A DNA stretch of 64,000 bases from Alphaproteobacteria bacterium (lineage in GTDB: Bacteria; Pseudomonadota; Alphaproteobacteria; RF32; CAG-239), in assembly GCA_017546315.1 (NCBI GenBank), contig JAFYXH010000003.1, positions 1,536 through 65,535 on the forward strand, in the 5' to 3' direction. Positions 1 through 8,136 of the stretch are shown here, in pieces; position 1 is the stretch's first letter; every line of letters begins with the position of its first letter. The notes below the pieces were generated by a model. The model had not been told where the DNA came from. It did no database searches and was given only the letters and a program-made list of their open reading frames with translations. A program made the position numbers and the translations under genes.

Positions 1-173
1 CTATGCTACAAGTCAAACCTATGCGAATTTTTGCAGAGGTTGCTTTTTATGCTTAAAAAAGGCTGAAATATGCTAAGATATTGAAAAATATAAAAAGCAA
101 GTTCGAAGATACTGCAAAACTAGCCTTCAAAATATATTCATCTTCGAACTGGCTTAAATGCTTGTAAAATAAC

Positions 174-197
174 AAAAAAGTCGCCATTTCTAGCGAC
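174..197 (-). terminator. Hairpin plus U-run just beyond the distal att copy. It is probably the original tRNA-Gln terminator, displaced by island insertion.
   Basis: Stem GTCGC (180-184) pairs with GCGAC (193-197). The A-run at 174-179 on the + strand gives a U-run on the - strand. Confidence 0.45.
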
Positions 198-207
198 TTT
201 TTAACTC

Positions 208-224
208 TGGCTGGGGCGGCTGGA
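208..224. repeat. Distal att direct repeat (attL-like), a 17-bp copy of the tRNA-Gln 3' end
   Basis: TGGCTGGGGCGGCTGGA is identical to 7216-7232. Similarity decays after it (GTAGAACA versus TTCGAACC). Confidence 0.8.
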
Positions 225-513
225 GTAGAACAGAAAAACCTGCTAACCACCTGTTATAAATCCTTATTTTTTATCAAAAATCACATTTTTCAATAATTTT
301 ATCATCAGTGATATGAATCACTTGTATAGTAGGCAAACCATATTGTCAAGGCCTTATTTGAAATTAATATCAATAGTGCTTTTTGTTGGGCTAAAAATTC
401 CTAATTTTACCATATTTTGACCTGAATTTGTGCAATTACAGTTTTTAATCACTTTTTTATAAATAGTTTTAGATGAAACTTAATTTTGATTTCTGGATGT
501 GAGTTGAGTTATA

Positions 514-575
514 ATGTTTCTGAAGGGTAATAGTGTAGGAATATCCACTATTACCAGATATTCCCCAAGAAACAT
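514..575 (+). promoter_or_regulatory. Nested hairpin about 100 bp upstream of the Rep-like gene. It is a candidate replication-origin or nick-site structure.
   Basis: Outer arms are ATGTTTCT (514-521) and AGAAACAT (568-575). Inner perfect 10-bp arms are GGTAATAGTG (526-535) and CACTATTACC (546-555), with a 10-nt loop TAGGAATATC. Confidence 0.4.
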
Positions 576-674
576 TGTGAGGTGTAGCAATGCTCCCTCA
601 TTCATCTATTAAGCAGAGTGGTATTGATGAATACTGCTATTTTAACCTATTGATAAAAAACATAAGGAGAAAAT

Positions 675-1082
675 ATGAAAGCATTTATAACACTAAATCC
701 TCACATTGAGAATTTATCTAAAAATAACCTAATAAAAACATTTAGATACATATTACAGAAATATTATAGAGGTAAATTAGGTGCTAGATATTCAAAACAT
801 AAAGACAAGCAATATCAAATATGTGTATTTCCAGAAAATGGCTCAAGAGATTTCAAACAACCTCATCTCCATATAATAGTTCAAATTCCTTGTGATGAAT
901 TAGAGGAGTTTTATTTTTTTATAGCATCTAATATGAATGGCTATTATCCATCTCTAACAACTAATTGCCAAGTGATAAACAATACAGAAAAGGACTTTGT
1001 AAATGTGTTGGGATATTGCCTAAAAGAGCAAGGTGAATTTCTAGTTAATGATGATTTATTTGAGAGAGATTACATAGTTTAA
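675..1082 (+). CDS. 135-aa protein with Rep-type HUH endonuclease motifs and no helicase domain
   Basis: Motif I-like is AFITLNP (residues 3-9), motif II is PHLHIIV (H64/H66), and motif III is GYCLKE (Y114, K117). The order I-II-III matches Rep rather than relaxase. RBS is AAGGAG. Confidence 0.5.
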   Translation: MKAFITLNPHIENLSKNNLIKTFRYILQKYYRGKLGARYSKHKDKQYQICVFPENGSRDFKQPHLHIIVQIPCDELEEFYFFIASNMNGYYPSLTTNCQVINNTEKDFVNVLGYCLKEQGEFLVNDDLFERDYIV

Positions 1083-1111
1083 TCAAATAAATATTATTAA
1101 AAGGAGTTAAA

Positions 1112-1615
1112 ATGGATATTCATTTAAAATCATTAAAAGATAAGATTAAATCCTATATTAACAGAAATAAAGAGATTGATAATACTTTGCATAATTCAAC
1201 ATCAGATAATCAGGAAGAAATTTTAAGCAAGGAAAAGCAAGATAATAATAATGAGATTAGGAAGGCAAGAACTGAAAAATATGAGATTGAGGCTCTTAAT
1301 GAAGATACAGATTATATCAAAAAGAGTTATCAATATTTGAAAAAGTTAGGGCTTGTAAAATCTCAACATCAATTTAGCACATACTATCTCAATAAATCTC
1401 AACATTATATGTCTATGATATTATGTGAAGGAAGAAGACCAGCAGTGAATACACTTTATAATTTGCTCCAAAATCTCAATTTAACTTATGACCTTTATCA
1501 AGAATATGATAAAAATGAGGTGGTTGGTAGGAATTTAATATCTTTGATTGAAAGAGGGGATAAGATATTAAATAAAAGAATTTTGGGTTATTACAGAAGG
1601 TTAGAGGGATTTTAG
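1112..1615 (+). CDS. Hypothetical island protein (167 aa), Lys/Asn-rich N-terminus, possible C-terminal helix-turn-helix
   Basis: Long ORF in AT-rich DNA with RBS AAGGAG 7 nt upstream. No recognisable catalytic motif. Confidence 0.5.
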   Translation: MDIHLKSLKDKIKSYINRNKEIDNTLHNSTSDNQEEILSKEKQDNNNEIRKARTEKYEIEALNEDTDYIKKSYQYLKKLGLVKSQHQFSTYYLNKSQHYMSMILCEGRRPAVNTLYNLLQNLNLTYDLYQEYDKNEVVGRNLISLIERGDKILNKRILGYYRRLEGF

Positions 1616-1729
1616 TTTTTTTATCTAATGTTTTGTAATTTAACAAGATTTTTCTGTGGAAGATAGTTTATGAAATGTTGAAGATAGTTGATATGTGATG
1701 TAGTATTCTGCATATTTTGGAGAAACTAT

Positions 1730-2569
1730 ATGACAAATATACTACATGCAATTTCAAATTTTTCAAAGTACAATATTACAAGTATTGGAACTCATTATAA
1801 AAATACTATAAGGATTCAGCAAGTTGGAGATTCTTTAGAGTATTTTATAAAGGATTTATTGGCTGATACCTTAAATAAAAGTATGAGAGAAAAGGATGAA
1901 AAGTATAGTGAATGCTTTTCTTATTTAGGAGGAACAAATAATCCTCCTGATTTGATGATAAAAAAAGGTGATGCTTGGGAGATAAAAAAGATTGAGCATA
2001 CAGGTGGTCAGATTGCCTTAAATAGTTCTTTCCCCAAACAAAGACTTTATAGGGATGATTCTTTTATAAACAATTTTTGTAGAGATTGTGAAAAGTGGGA
2101 AGAGAAAGATATAGTATATGCAGTTGGGACTATTGATAAAAAGACAAATGATATAGCATCTTTATGGATGGTGTATGGTGATTGTTATTGTGCAAATAAA
2201 GAAACATATAATAGAATTAAAGAAAAAATATCAAATGGTGTAAATGATATCAAAGGTGTTGAATTTAGTGAAACAAAAGAGTTGGGTAGGGTTAATAAAA
2301 TTGACCCATTAGGTATTACATATTTAAGGATTAGAGGTATGTGGGGAATTGAACACCCAGCAAATGTTTTTGGATATCTATTGGATAATCATGAAGATAA
2401 TATTTTGAATGTAATTATGCTTAAAGAAAAGTTGATGTCTTTTGATACTAAAGATATTGATTTGATTAAAGATGATGAAAATATAAAAATAAATGAGATA
2501 AAAATTAAATGTCCTGATAATCCTGCTTTATTGATGGATGCAGTACATATATCAATAAAGAGAGGGTAA
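1730..2569 (+). CDS. Type II restriction endonuclease of the PD-(D/E)XK type, partner of the adjacent C5 methyltransferase
   Basis: The motif NPPDLMIKKGDAWEIKK gives PD...E-x-K. The gene ends 1 nt before the methyltransferase ATG. The start was moved to ATG 1730 (RBS GGAGA) from the track's TTG at 1688. Confidence 0.65.
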   Translation: MTNILHAISNFSKYNITSIGTHYKNTIRIQQVGDSLEYFIKDLLADTLNKSMREKDEKYSECFSYLGGTNNPPDLMIKKGDAWEIKKIEHTGGQIALNSSFPKQRLYRDDSFINNFCRDCEKWEEKDIVYAVGTIDKKTNDIASLWMVYGDCYCANKETYNRIKEKISNGVNDIKGVEFSETKELGRVNKIDPLGITYLRIRGMWGIEHPANVFGYLLDNHEDNILNVIMLKEKLMSFDTKDIDLIKDDENIKINEIKIKCPDNPALLMDAVHISIKRG

Positions 2570-2570
2570 A

Positions 2571-3575
2571 ATGAAGTTGTTATCATTGTTTGCAGGATGT
2601 GGTGGTCTTGATTTAGGTTTTAAGAAGGCAGGGTTTAATATTGTTTGGGCAAATGAGTATGATAAAACTATATATCCAACTCATAATATAAACTTTCCAG
2701 AAACAAAGATGGATACAAGAAGTATTAGAGATATACCATCTAATGAACTTCCTCAAGATGTTGATGGTGTTATTGGGGGTCCTCCATGTCAATCATGGTC
2801 TGAAGCAGGAAAAGGATTAGGAATTGATGACCAAAGAGGACAACTTTTTTATGAATATATAAGAGTTATTAAAACTGTTAGACCTAAATTTTTTGTTGCA
2901 GAAAATGTTTCAGGTATATTGCATGAGAAACATAGAGATGCAGTTAATAATATTGTAGAGGCATTTAAGGAATTAGGGTATAATGTAAATTATCAACTTG
3001 TGAATGCCAATGACTTTGATGTTCCAGAAGATAGATTGAGGGTTATTTTTGTTGGATATAGACAAGATATAACTGATAAAATATTTAATTTGGAGATTCC
3101 TAATAATAGAAGATTAACTCTTAAAGATTGTATATGGGATTTGCAAGATACAGTTATGCCTGCAAAGGATAAAAATAAAACAAATGGTGATGCTCTAAAA
3201 ATCCCTAATAATGAATATATGACTGGTGGATTTTCTACTATTTATATGAGTAGAAATAGAGTTAGAGGATGGGATGAGCCATCATTTACTATTCAAGCAG
3301 GAGGTAGGCATGCTCCTATACATCCTCAAGCCCCTAAAATGATAGAGGTTGATAAAAATAAAAGGATATTTGTTGAAGGTAAAGAAAATCTCTATAGAAG
3401 ATTATCAGTTAGAGAATGTGCAAGAATACAAACATTTCCTGATGATTTTATATTCCAATATCAAAGTTTGGCAGATGGATATAAAATGATAGGTAATGCA
3501 GTTCCTGTAAATCTAGCATATTATATTGCTAAACAAATAAAAAATGATATTCAGATATTGGAAAATGCTGCTTAA
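2571..3575 (+). CDS. DNA (cytosine-5) methyltransferase of the M.HaeIII/M.NgoPII-like (GGCC-type) family
   Basis: Motif I is LFAGCGGLDLGF, motif IV is GGPPCQSWS, then ENV, QDRLRV-type, and RLSVRECARIQTFPDDF/GNAVPV. The target-recognition region (KNKTNG...FSTIYMSRNRVRGWDEPSFTIQAGGR...HPQAP) closely matches my recollection of M.HaeIII. Confidence 0.95.
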   Translation: MKLLSLFAGCGGLDLGFKKAGFNIVWANEYDKTIYPTHNINFPETKMDTRSIRDIPSNELPQDVDGVIGGPPCQSWSEAGKGLGIDDQRGQLFYEYIRVIKTVRPKFFVAENVSGILHEKHRDAVNNIVEAFKELGYNVNYQLVNANDFDVPEDRLRVIFVGYRQDITDKIFNLEIPNNRRLTLKDCIWDLQDTVMPAKDKNKTNGDALKIPNNEYMTGGFSTIYMSRNRVRGWDEPSFTIQAGGRHAPIHPQAPKMIEVDKNKRIFVEGKENLYRRLSVRECARIQTFPDDFIFQYQSLADGYKMIGNAVPVNLAYYIAKQIKNDIQILENAA

Positions 3576-3577
3576 GT

Positions 3578-3868
3578 ATGATTGGTGCTAGAAAAATCCA
3601 TTTAGTATTAAAATATCATTGGTATGATAGTATTGAGAATGGCTCTAAAACACATGAGTATAGAGAGTATACTGATTATTGGGTGAAGAGATTATATCCT
3701 TTGGAGCAGTGGGGTATTGTTGAATTTCAAAGAGGATATTCTAAATATCCTCCTAAAATGCTATTCAATATAAAATCAATAAAATTGCTTGATAGTGGAA
3801 TTACAACAGATTTACATTCACCAAATAAAGTTTTTGATATAGAGTTAGGTGAAAGAATAAATGAATAA
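3578..3868 (+). CDS. ASCH (PUA-like) domain protein, 96 aa, third gene of the R-M operon
   Basis: The ASCH signature GxKxxExR is present as GSKTHEYR near the N-terminus. Size is typical of standalone ASCH. The ATG lies 2 nt after the methyltransferase stop. Confidence 0.55.
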   Translation: MIGARKIHLVLKYHWYDSIENGSKTHEYREYTDYWVKRLYPLEQWGIVEFQRGYSKYPPKMLFNIKSIKLLDSGITTDLHSPNKVFDIELGERINE

Positions 3869-3949
3869 AAATACATAAAAATATTCATTATCTTATAACT
3901 TCCTGATTTAAAACAAAAAATATTTTTCCCTGTAGAATCAATAAATTAC

Positions 3950-3978
3950 TTGACTAATTAAATGAATAACTATATAAT
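3950..3978 (+). promoter_or_regulatory. Near-consensus sigma70-type promoter for the small recombinase gene
   Basis: TTGACT (3950-3955), exactly 17 nt of spacer, then TATAAT (3973-3978). It lies 40 bp upstream of ATG 4018. Confidence 0.5.
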
Positions 3979-4002
3979 AATTATATATAAAGTTATTCAT
4001 TT
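3960..4002. repeat. Perfect 12-bp inverted repeat (candidate operator or recombinase site) overlapping the -10 box and predicted transcription start
   Basis: AAATGAATAACT (3960-3971) pairs with AGTTATTCATTT (3991-4002), with a 19-bp AT spacer. A further direct copy of AAATGAATAA lies at 3859-3868. Confidence 0.8.
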
Positions 4003-4017
4003 TTGAAAGTCAAGACA

Positions 4018-4590
4018 ATGTTAAACAGAGCAATATTAGAACCAAACCAAATTAAAGCAATCTTCAAGCATATTGAAACAATGAGAAATGGAACTCAAAT
4101 TAAAATGATGTTTCAATTCAACTACCTTGCAGGAATGAGATGTATCAATTTTGCATATTTGCAACTTAAAGATATATTAGATGATAATAATGAAGTTAGA
4201 GATATTGTTTTTTTGACACCAAGCAAAAATAAAGGAACTAAATCAGCAAAATACTATATCAATGATGAATTAAAGAAATATATCAAAAAATATATTACAA
4301 ATTTTGACTTAAATAAAAGAGATGCTTATCTTTTTACAAGTCAAAAAACAGGTAAGCCATATAATAGAAATTCTATTAGTAAGATTTTTACTGCAATTTA
4401 TAAAACATTTAATATTGAATGCTCAACTCATTTTGGAAGAAGAAACTTTATTACTACTCTTTTGACAAATGGAACAGATATTACAACAGTAAAAACATTA
4501 GTAAATCATAAAAATATACAAACTACATCAATTTATTATAATGAGAATCAAAATCTTTTGAAGAATGTAGTTAATAGTTTAAGTATATAA
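4018..4590 (+). CDS. Small tyrosine recombinase (catalytic domain only, ~190 aa; FimB/FimE- or Xer-size class)
   Basis: Catalytic signature: R in AGMRCINF, K in the KNKGTKSAKYYI hairpin, HxxR in STHFGRRNF, H in VNHKNIQTT, and Y in TSIYY. No N-terminal core-binding domain is present. Confidence 0.75.
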   Translation: MLNRAILEPNQIKAIFKHIETMRNGTQIKMMFQFNYLAGMRCINFAYLQLKDILDDNNEVRDIVFLTPSKNKGTKSAKYYINDELKKYIKKYITNFDLNKRDAYLFTSQKTGKPYNRNSISKIFTAIYKTFNIECSTHFGRRNFITTLLTNGTDITTVKTLVNHKNIQTTSIYYNENQNLLKNVVNSLSI

Positions 4591-4719
4591 AATGATAGTA
4601 AGATAATAAAATATCATTATTCAATAATAATTTATTAACCTATTTGTTATTATGATAAAATCATATTTGATAAAACAAGTATGATTTTTTTATAATTTTA
4701 GCATAAATGGGAGGTAATA

Positions 4720-5139
4720 ATGACTAATTGTAAATCTAATAATAATTCAAGTGTTAAGCCAATGATTTTGAACTTTCAAGGTTTTGATAAAAATATGGCA
4801 AAGGCAACAAATACAAAGAACAGAATGGCATCTATTAAAGAAAAAATTTCTGCAAGTATTTTGAGCAATATTAACTATGAAAAAAGTGGAACACAACTTT
4901 CTGCATCAATGAGAATGTTGAATGATACAGATACACATACAGTTATTACTTTGAGATGTGGTGCATATAAAGTTCTTCAAAATACAGTTTTGAAATCTGA
5001 ATATAACCACTTACAAATTTTGGAAAGTTTGCAATCTATGTTAGATGCAGGTCAATTTGATGAACAAATTACTGCATATATGAATAAAAAATTCAAAAAA
5101 TCTTGCTCAAAATCTGAAAAAGCAAAGATTGCTGAATAG
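4720..5139 (+). CDS. Hypothetical island protein (139 aa)
   Basis: ORF with RBS GGGAGG 7 nt upstream. No recognisable motif. Confidence 0.5.
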   Translation: MTNCKSNNNSSVKPMILNFQGFDKNMAKATNTKNRMASIKEKISASILSNINYEKSGTQLSASMRMLNDTDTHTVITLRCGAYKVLQNTVLKSEYNHLQILESLQSMLDAGQFDEQITAYMNKKFKKSCSKSEKAKIAE

Positions 5140-5151
5140 TTTGTGAAAAAA

Positions 5152-5177
5152 TAGAGGGGTGAAATAACACCCCTCTA
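5152..5177. terminator. Bidirectional terminator hairpin between convergent genes
   Basis: TAGAGGGGTG-AAATAA-CACCCCTCTA is a perfect 10-bp stem flanked by an A-run and a T-run. Confidence 0.6.
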
Positions 5178-5194
5178 TAATTGTTTTTAGTTTA

Positions 5195-7042
5195 TTATTT
5201 TAGATATTTGTATGAACCAATCCTATTGACTTTTCTTAATCCTTCTAGAGTGCTTTCCAAACAAGGGTATTCAATTTTGCAGATGCACTCATATAATTTT
5301 TCAATAGGAACTTCACCACCATAAACTTTTTCACCAATATCATTTCCTTCCCATCCACAAAGGGCATTTTGATATTCTCTAGAGATGTTTGCATCTCTTA
5401 AAGTTGGCTTTACTGTGTGTCTGAAAGAGTGAAAAACTTTACTGCTATCATCTAATCCAATTTTTTTAGTATAGTATTGGAAGAAATTACTAACTGCATT
5501 AGCATAGTGGTTTTTCTTGCTATATGATAAATTATAAAACAACCTATCTTTTTTTAATGCTCTTGCTTTTCTCATTACATCTAGAATACCAAATTCTAAT
5601 AATATTGGATGGATTGGAACTCTTCTTTTAGATTGTTTGTTTTTTATATGTTGGTCTGGTCTTTCATCTGTAAGATTGAAGAAGTATATATCATTCTGAA
5701 CCATAACATCATCACAATATAATTGGCATATCTCATTCAATCTCATTCCACTATATAAAGAAATTAGAGGAATCCAAAAGTTATGGAACTTGGATATATC
5801 ATTCATTCTAGGATATGTTTTAGGGTTGAAGATTGTGATTAAATCATCTGCATTAAAAGGTGTTCTTTTGTTTTTCTCTGTTTGTTTTGGTATTTCTAAT
5901 TCTTCTTCAAGTCTAATAGTTAGATAGTGTCTTTTTCTAGCAAAGGTTAAAAACTCTTTGAACATTCTCAAATATTTTTTAGCAGATGTCTGTGAGATGT
6001 GGTCTTCATTTTCTTGTGCTAACATTTTTTTTAATGTTAAACCTTTCTTTTTAGATTTTTCAGCCCATTTTTTAGGAAGGTTGAATACCTGAACAGATAA
6101 TTCTTTACAATCCTTGTAGTTTAGGGTTTCAACATATTTCTTCCCAATAATCTCAAAGCAGGTTTCAATGCAATTTCTATTCTGTTCAATAGTGTTGTCA
6201 GATATATTGCCTTTCTGCCTTTTTTTTGTGAGAGAAAATTCATCAAATATTTTAGTCCATAAAGTTTTTGTAGATGCTCCATAGGTTTCATCTTGTATTT
6301 CTTTATCAAGCATTGATAAACAATGTTTAACTTTGGGGTTTATTCTATTTGTTAATGGAACATCATTTTCAAGGCTATTGAGTTTTTCAAAGCCATATTT
6401 TTCAACACCCTTTAAGCAGGTTATTAAAAGTTTCTGCCATCCTTCTAAAGGCTCTTTTTTTGAGATTAGAGCAAGGTCTTCTTTTTGTATGGTGCTAATT
6501 AGTTTAATTATGGAATGATGTGTGCTATCCTTATGTTTTAGGTCTTCAAGATAACCCTTGAGATATACTTCAATGCAATTTAATTCATAATTATTATCAG
6601 GGGTGTTTGCTACAATGGTGTTTCCATCTGTTTTTTGGGATTCTTCTGCAAAATCTGAACTTTTTAAATCTTTTAAGGGTTGTTTCTTGGGAAACATAGA
6701 GAAACTGTCATTTTCATAATTATGCTCAAGAATATCATCATAGTGAAGGGTGAAGAGGTTATCCAATTCCCTTAATCTATGAATAATGATTTTGTTTATA
6801 TCTGCCTCATCTAAAACAAGTTCTTTGTTTTTTAACTGCATATCAATTTTCCTCAATAACATAATCTTGAGGTCTATTTTATAACTTTCTTTCCTATAAT
6901 TCTCAAGGGCAGAATAATAGTCATTGGTCTTCAATGAGTATGAAAACATTTTTGTAGGTGATAGGTATAGTAAATTGTCAGGGATTTTAGCCCTTATATA
7001 ATAAGTTGAGTTTCTTCTAGTTAATCTATCAAACCTCTTCAT
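5195..7042 (-). CDS. int: Site-specific tyrosine integrase of the island (615 aa, long N-terminal arm/core-binding region)
   Basis: The C-terminal catalytic domain shows R in SGMRLNEICQL, HxxR in HSFRHTV, and W...Y in CGWEGNDIGEKVYGG. The N-terminus RNSTYYIRAKIPDNL resembles alphaproteobacterial integrase N-termini. RBS is AGGAGA. The gene sits next to the tRNA att site. Confidence 0.9.
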   Translation of the reverse strand: MKRFDRLTRRNSTYYIRAKIPDNLLYLSPTKMFSYSLKTNDYYSALENYRKESYKIDLKIMLLRKIDMQLKNKELVLDEADINKIIIHRLRELDNLFTLHYDDILEHNYENDSFSMFPKKQPLKDLKSSDFAEESQKTDGNTIVANTPDNNYELNCIEVYLKGYLEDLKHKDSTHHSIIKLISTIQKEDLALISKKEPLEGWQKLLITCLKGVEKYGFEKLNSLENDVPLTNRINPKVKHCLSMLDKEIQDETYGASTKTLWTKIFDEFSLTKKRQKGNISDNTIEQNRNCIETCFEIIGKKYVETLNYKDCKELSVQVFNLPKKWAEKSKKKGLTLKKMLAQENEDHISQTSAKKYLRMFKEFLTFARKRHYLTIRLEEELEIPKQTEKNKRTPFNADDLITIFNPKTYPRMNDISKFHNFWIPLISLYSGMRLNEICQLYCDDVMVQNDIYFFNLTDERPDQHIKNKQSKRRVPIHPILLEFGILDVMRKARALKKDRLFYNLSYSKKNHYANAVSNFFQYYTKKIGLDDSSKVFHSFRHTVKPTLRDANISREYQNALCGWEGNDIGEKVYGGEVPIEKLYECICKIEYPCLESTLEGLRKVNRIGSYKYLK

Positions 7043-7175
7043 AAAATCATTCTCCTTGTGGATAACTTTGATTCCACTGGATAAAATGATTGCTAAAAAG
7101 TGATTTTTTGAGGTGTAGGAAGTGCATCAGGGTAGTGCATCACCTGCCAAAATACCAATATGTTGATATTAGGTA

Positions 7176-7203
7176 ATAAAAAAAGTCCTTGAAAATCAAG
7201 GAC
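7176..7203 (-). terminator. Hairpin plus U-run immediately downstream of tRNA-Gln, carried on the island side
   Basis: GTCCTTGA-AAA-TCAAGGAC (7185-7203) is flanked by A/T runs. Confidence 0.5.
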
Positions 7204-7215
7204 TTTTTTTATTTT

Positions 7216-7232
7216 TGGCTGGGGCGGCTGGA
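7216..7232. repeat. tRNA-proximal att direct repeat (attR-like)
   Basis: Identical to 208-224. It corresponds to the acceptor 3' strand plus part of the T-arm of tRNA-Gln. Confidence 0.8.
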
Positions 7233-7290
7233 TTCGAACCAACGAATGTCGGCACCAAAAGCCGATGCCTTACCACTTGGCGACGCCCCA
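7216..7290 (-). tRNA. tRNA-Gln (anticodon UUG), 75 nt with encoded CCA
   Basis: The reverse complement folds as a cloverleaf with acceptor UGGGGCG/CGCCCCA. The anticodon stem is TCGGC/GCCGA with loop TTTTGGT, and the T-arm is GTTGG-TTCGAAT-CCAGC. It is very similar to E. coli tRNA-Gln. Confidence 0.93.
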
Positions 7291-7525
7291 AACTTTTTGT
7301 GGTAAACTTGCTCACCGCAAGTAAGGATATTTATATTCCAAAAAAATATAATTGCAAGCTTTTTTTTCTATTTGTTGAAATTTTTTTTTATTTCTTGGGA
7401 TAATTATGTTAACTATCTAATATATAACAAAAAAATAATATAGTATAAACCCAAAACTTTCTTTACATAATAAAAATAACCTCATATAAAATCCACAATA
7501 TTGCTAAAATAAAAAGAGGGTAATT

Positions 7526-8131
7526 ATGATATTTTTTTCAGAGTTTAATTTTAAAGAACTAATTGGTGCTTTTGTGGTGTTATTAGCAATTTGTGATGTT
7601 CCAGGCAATCTTCCAATTGTCTTGAATATTCAAAAAAAGGGGATTCATATAAGTGCTCGTCGTGCTTTCTGGTATTCATTGTTTTTGATGGTGTTTTTCT
7701 TTTATGCTGGTGAGGCCTTTTTGCACTTATTTGGGCTAGATATCTCATCTTTTGCAATTGCTGGTGCATTGATTATCTTTTTAATAAGTATAGAAATGAT
7801 TTTAGATATTAACCTCTTTTGCGAAGGAACAGATATATCTAGTGATGCAACACTTGTTCCAATTGTTTTTCCGCTTTTTATTGGAGCAGGGGTGTTAACA
7901 ACTCTTTTATCGATTCGTTCTCAATACTCAGATATCAACGTATTATTAGCAGCTTTCTTAAACTGTGTTATGATTTATTGCACAATAAAATTATCAAGAA
8001 TGCTGAAAAAATATATCAGCCAAACATGTATTTATGTGGTAAAAAAGTTCTTTGGAATGGTGTTGCTTGCAATATCCGTTAAATTGTTTATTACCAATAT
8101 CACACTTCTTATCTCATCAGTCCAAGGTTAA
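7526..8131 (+). CDS. MarC/UPF0056 (NAAT) family integral membrane protein
   Basis: Six-TM profile. Family-like segments are PGNLPIVL, LFGLDISSFAIAGALIIF and LVPIVFPLFIGAGVLT. Confidence 0.75.
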   Translation: MIFFSEFNFKELIGAFVVLLAICDVPGNLPIVLNIQKKGIHISARRAFWYSLFLMVFFFYAGEAFLHLFGLDISSFAIAGALIIFLISIEMILDINLFCEGTDISSDATLVPIVFPLFIGAGVLTTLLSIRSQYSDINVLLAAFLNCVMIYCTIKLSRMLKKYISQTCIYVVKKFFGMVLLAISVKLFITNITLLISSVQG

Positions 8132-8136
8132 AAACT

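Larger units (their letters stand above)
208..7232. mobile_element. ~7 kb integrative genomic island inserted in the 3' end of tRNA-Gln(UUG)
   Basis: A 17-bp direct repeat lies at both ends. An intact tyrosine integrase gene abuts the tRNA. Cargo comprises an R-M operon, a Rep-like gene and a second recombinase. No phage structural or conjugation genes are seen. Confidence 0.8.

Noticed and set aside
53-250. 65-aa minus-strand ORF from the track
   Set aside because: Its first ~20 codons are read through the att copy of the tRNA-Gln 3' end and a terminator hairpin. It has no RBS and a low-complexity product, so it is most likely spurious.
546-554. CACTATTAC fits the NANTATTAC nonanucleotide of CRESS/geminivirus origins
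   Set aside because: It lies in the stem, not the loop, of the hairpin, and a 9-mer of this composition is plausible by chance in AT-rich DNA. I mention it only as a pointer, not as evidence.
3859-4002. A fim-like invertible promoter segment bounded by AAATGAATAA (3859-3868) and its inverted copy (3993-4002)
   Set aside because: The left copy lies inside the ASCH coding sequence, and a 10-mer AT-rich match is weak evidence. The perfect 12-bp arms are only 19 bp apart, too close for inversion. An operator or binding-site interpretation is preferred unless reads show both orientations.
208-7232. Island as a prophage or ICE
   Set aside because: No capsid, tail, terminase, lysis, relaxase, coupling-protein or T4SS genes are present, and it is only ~7 kb. 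It is better described as a small integrative, possibly mobilisable or replicative, island.
7215-7403. 62-aa plus-strand ORF
   Set aside because: It is the antisense reading of tRNA-Gln (MAGAAGFEPTNVG...), a classic tRNA-derived false ORF.
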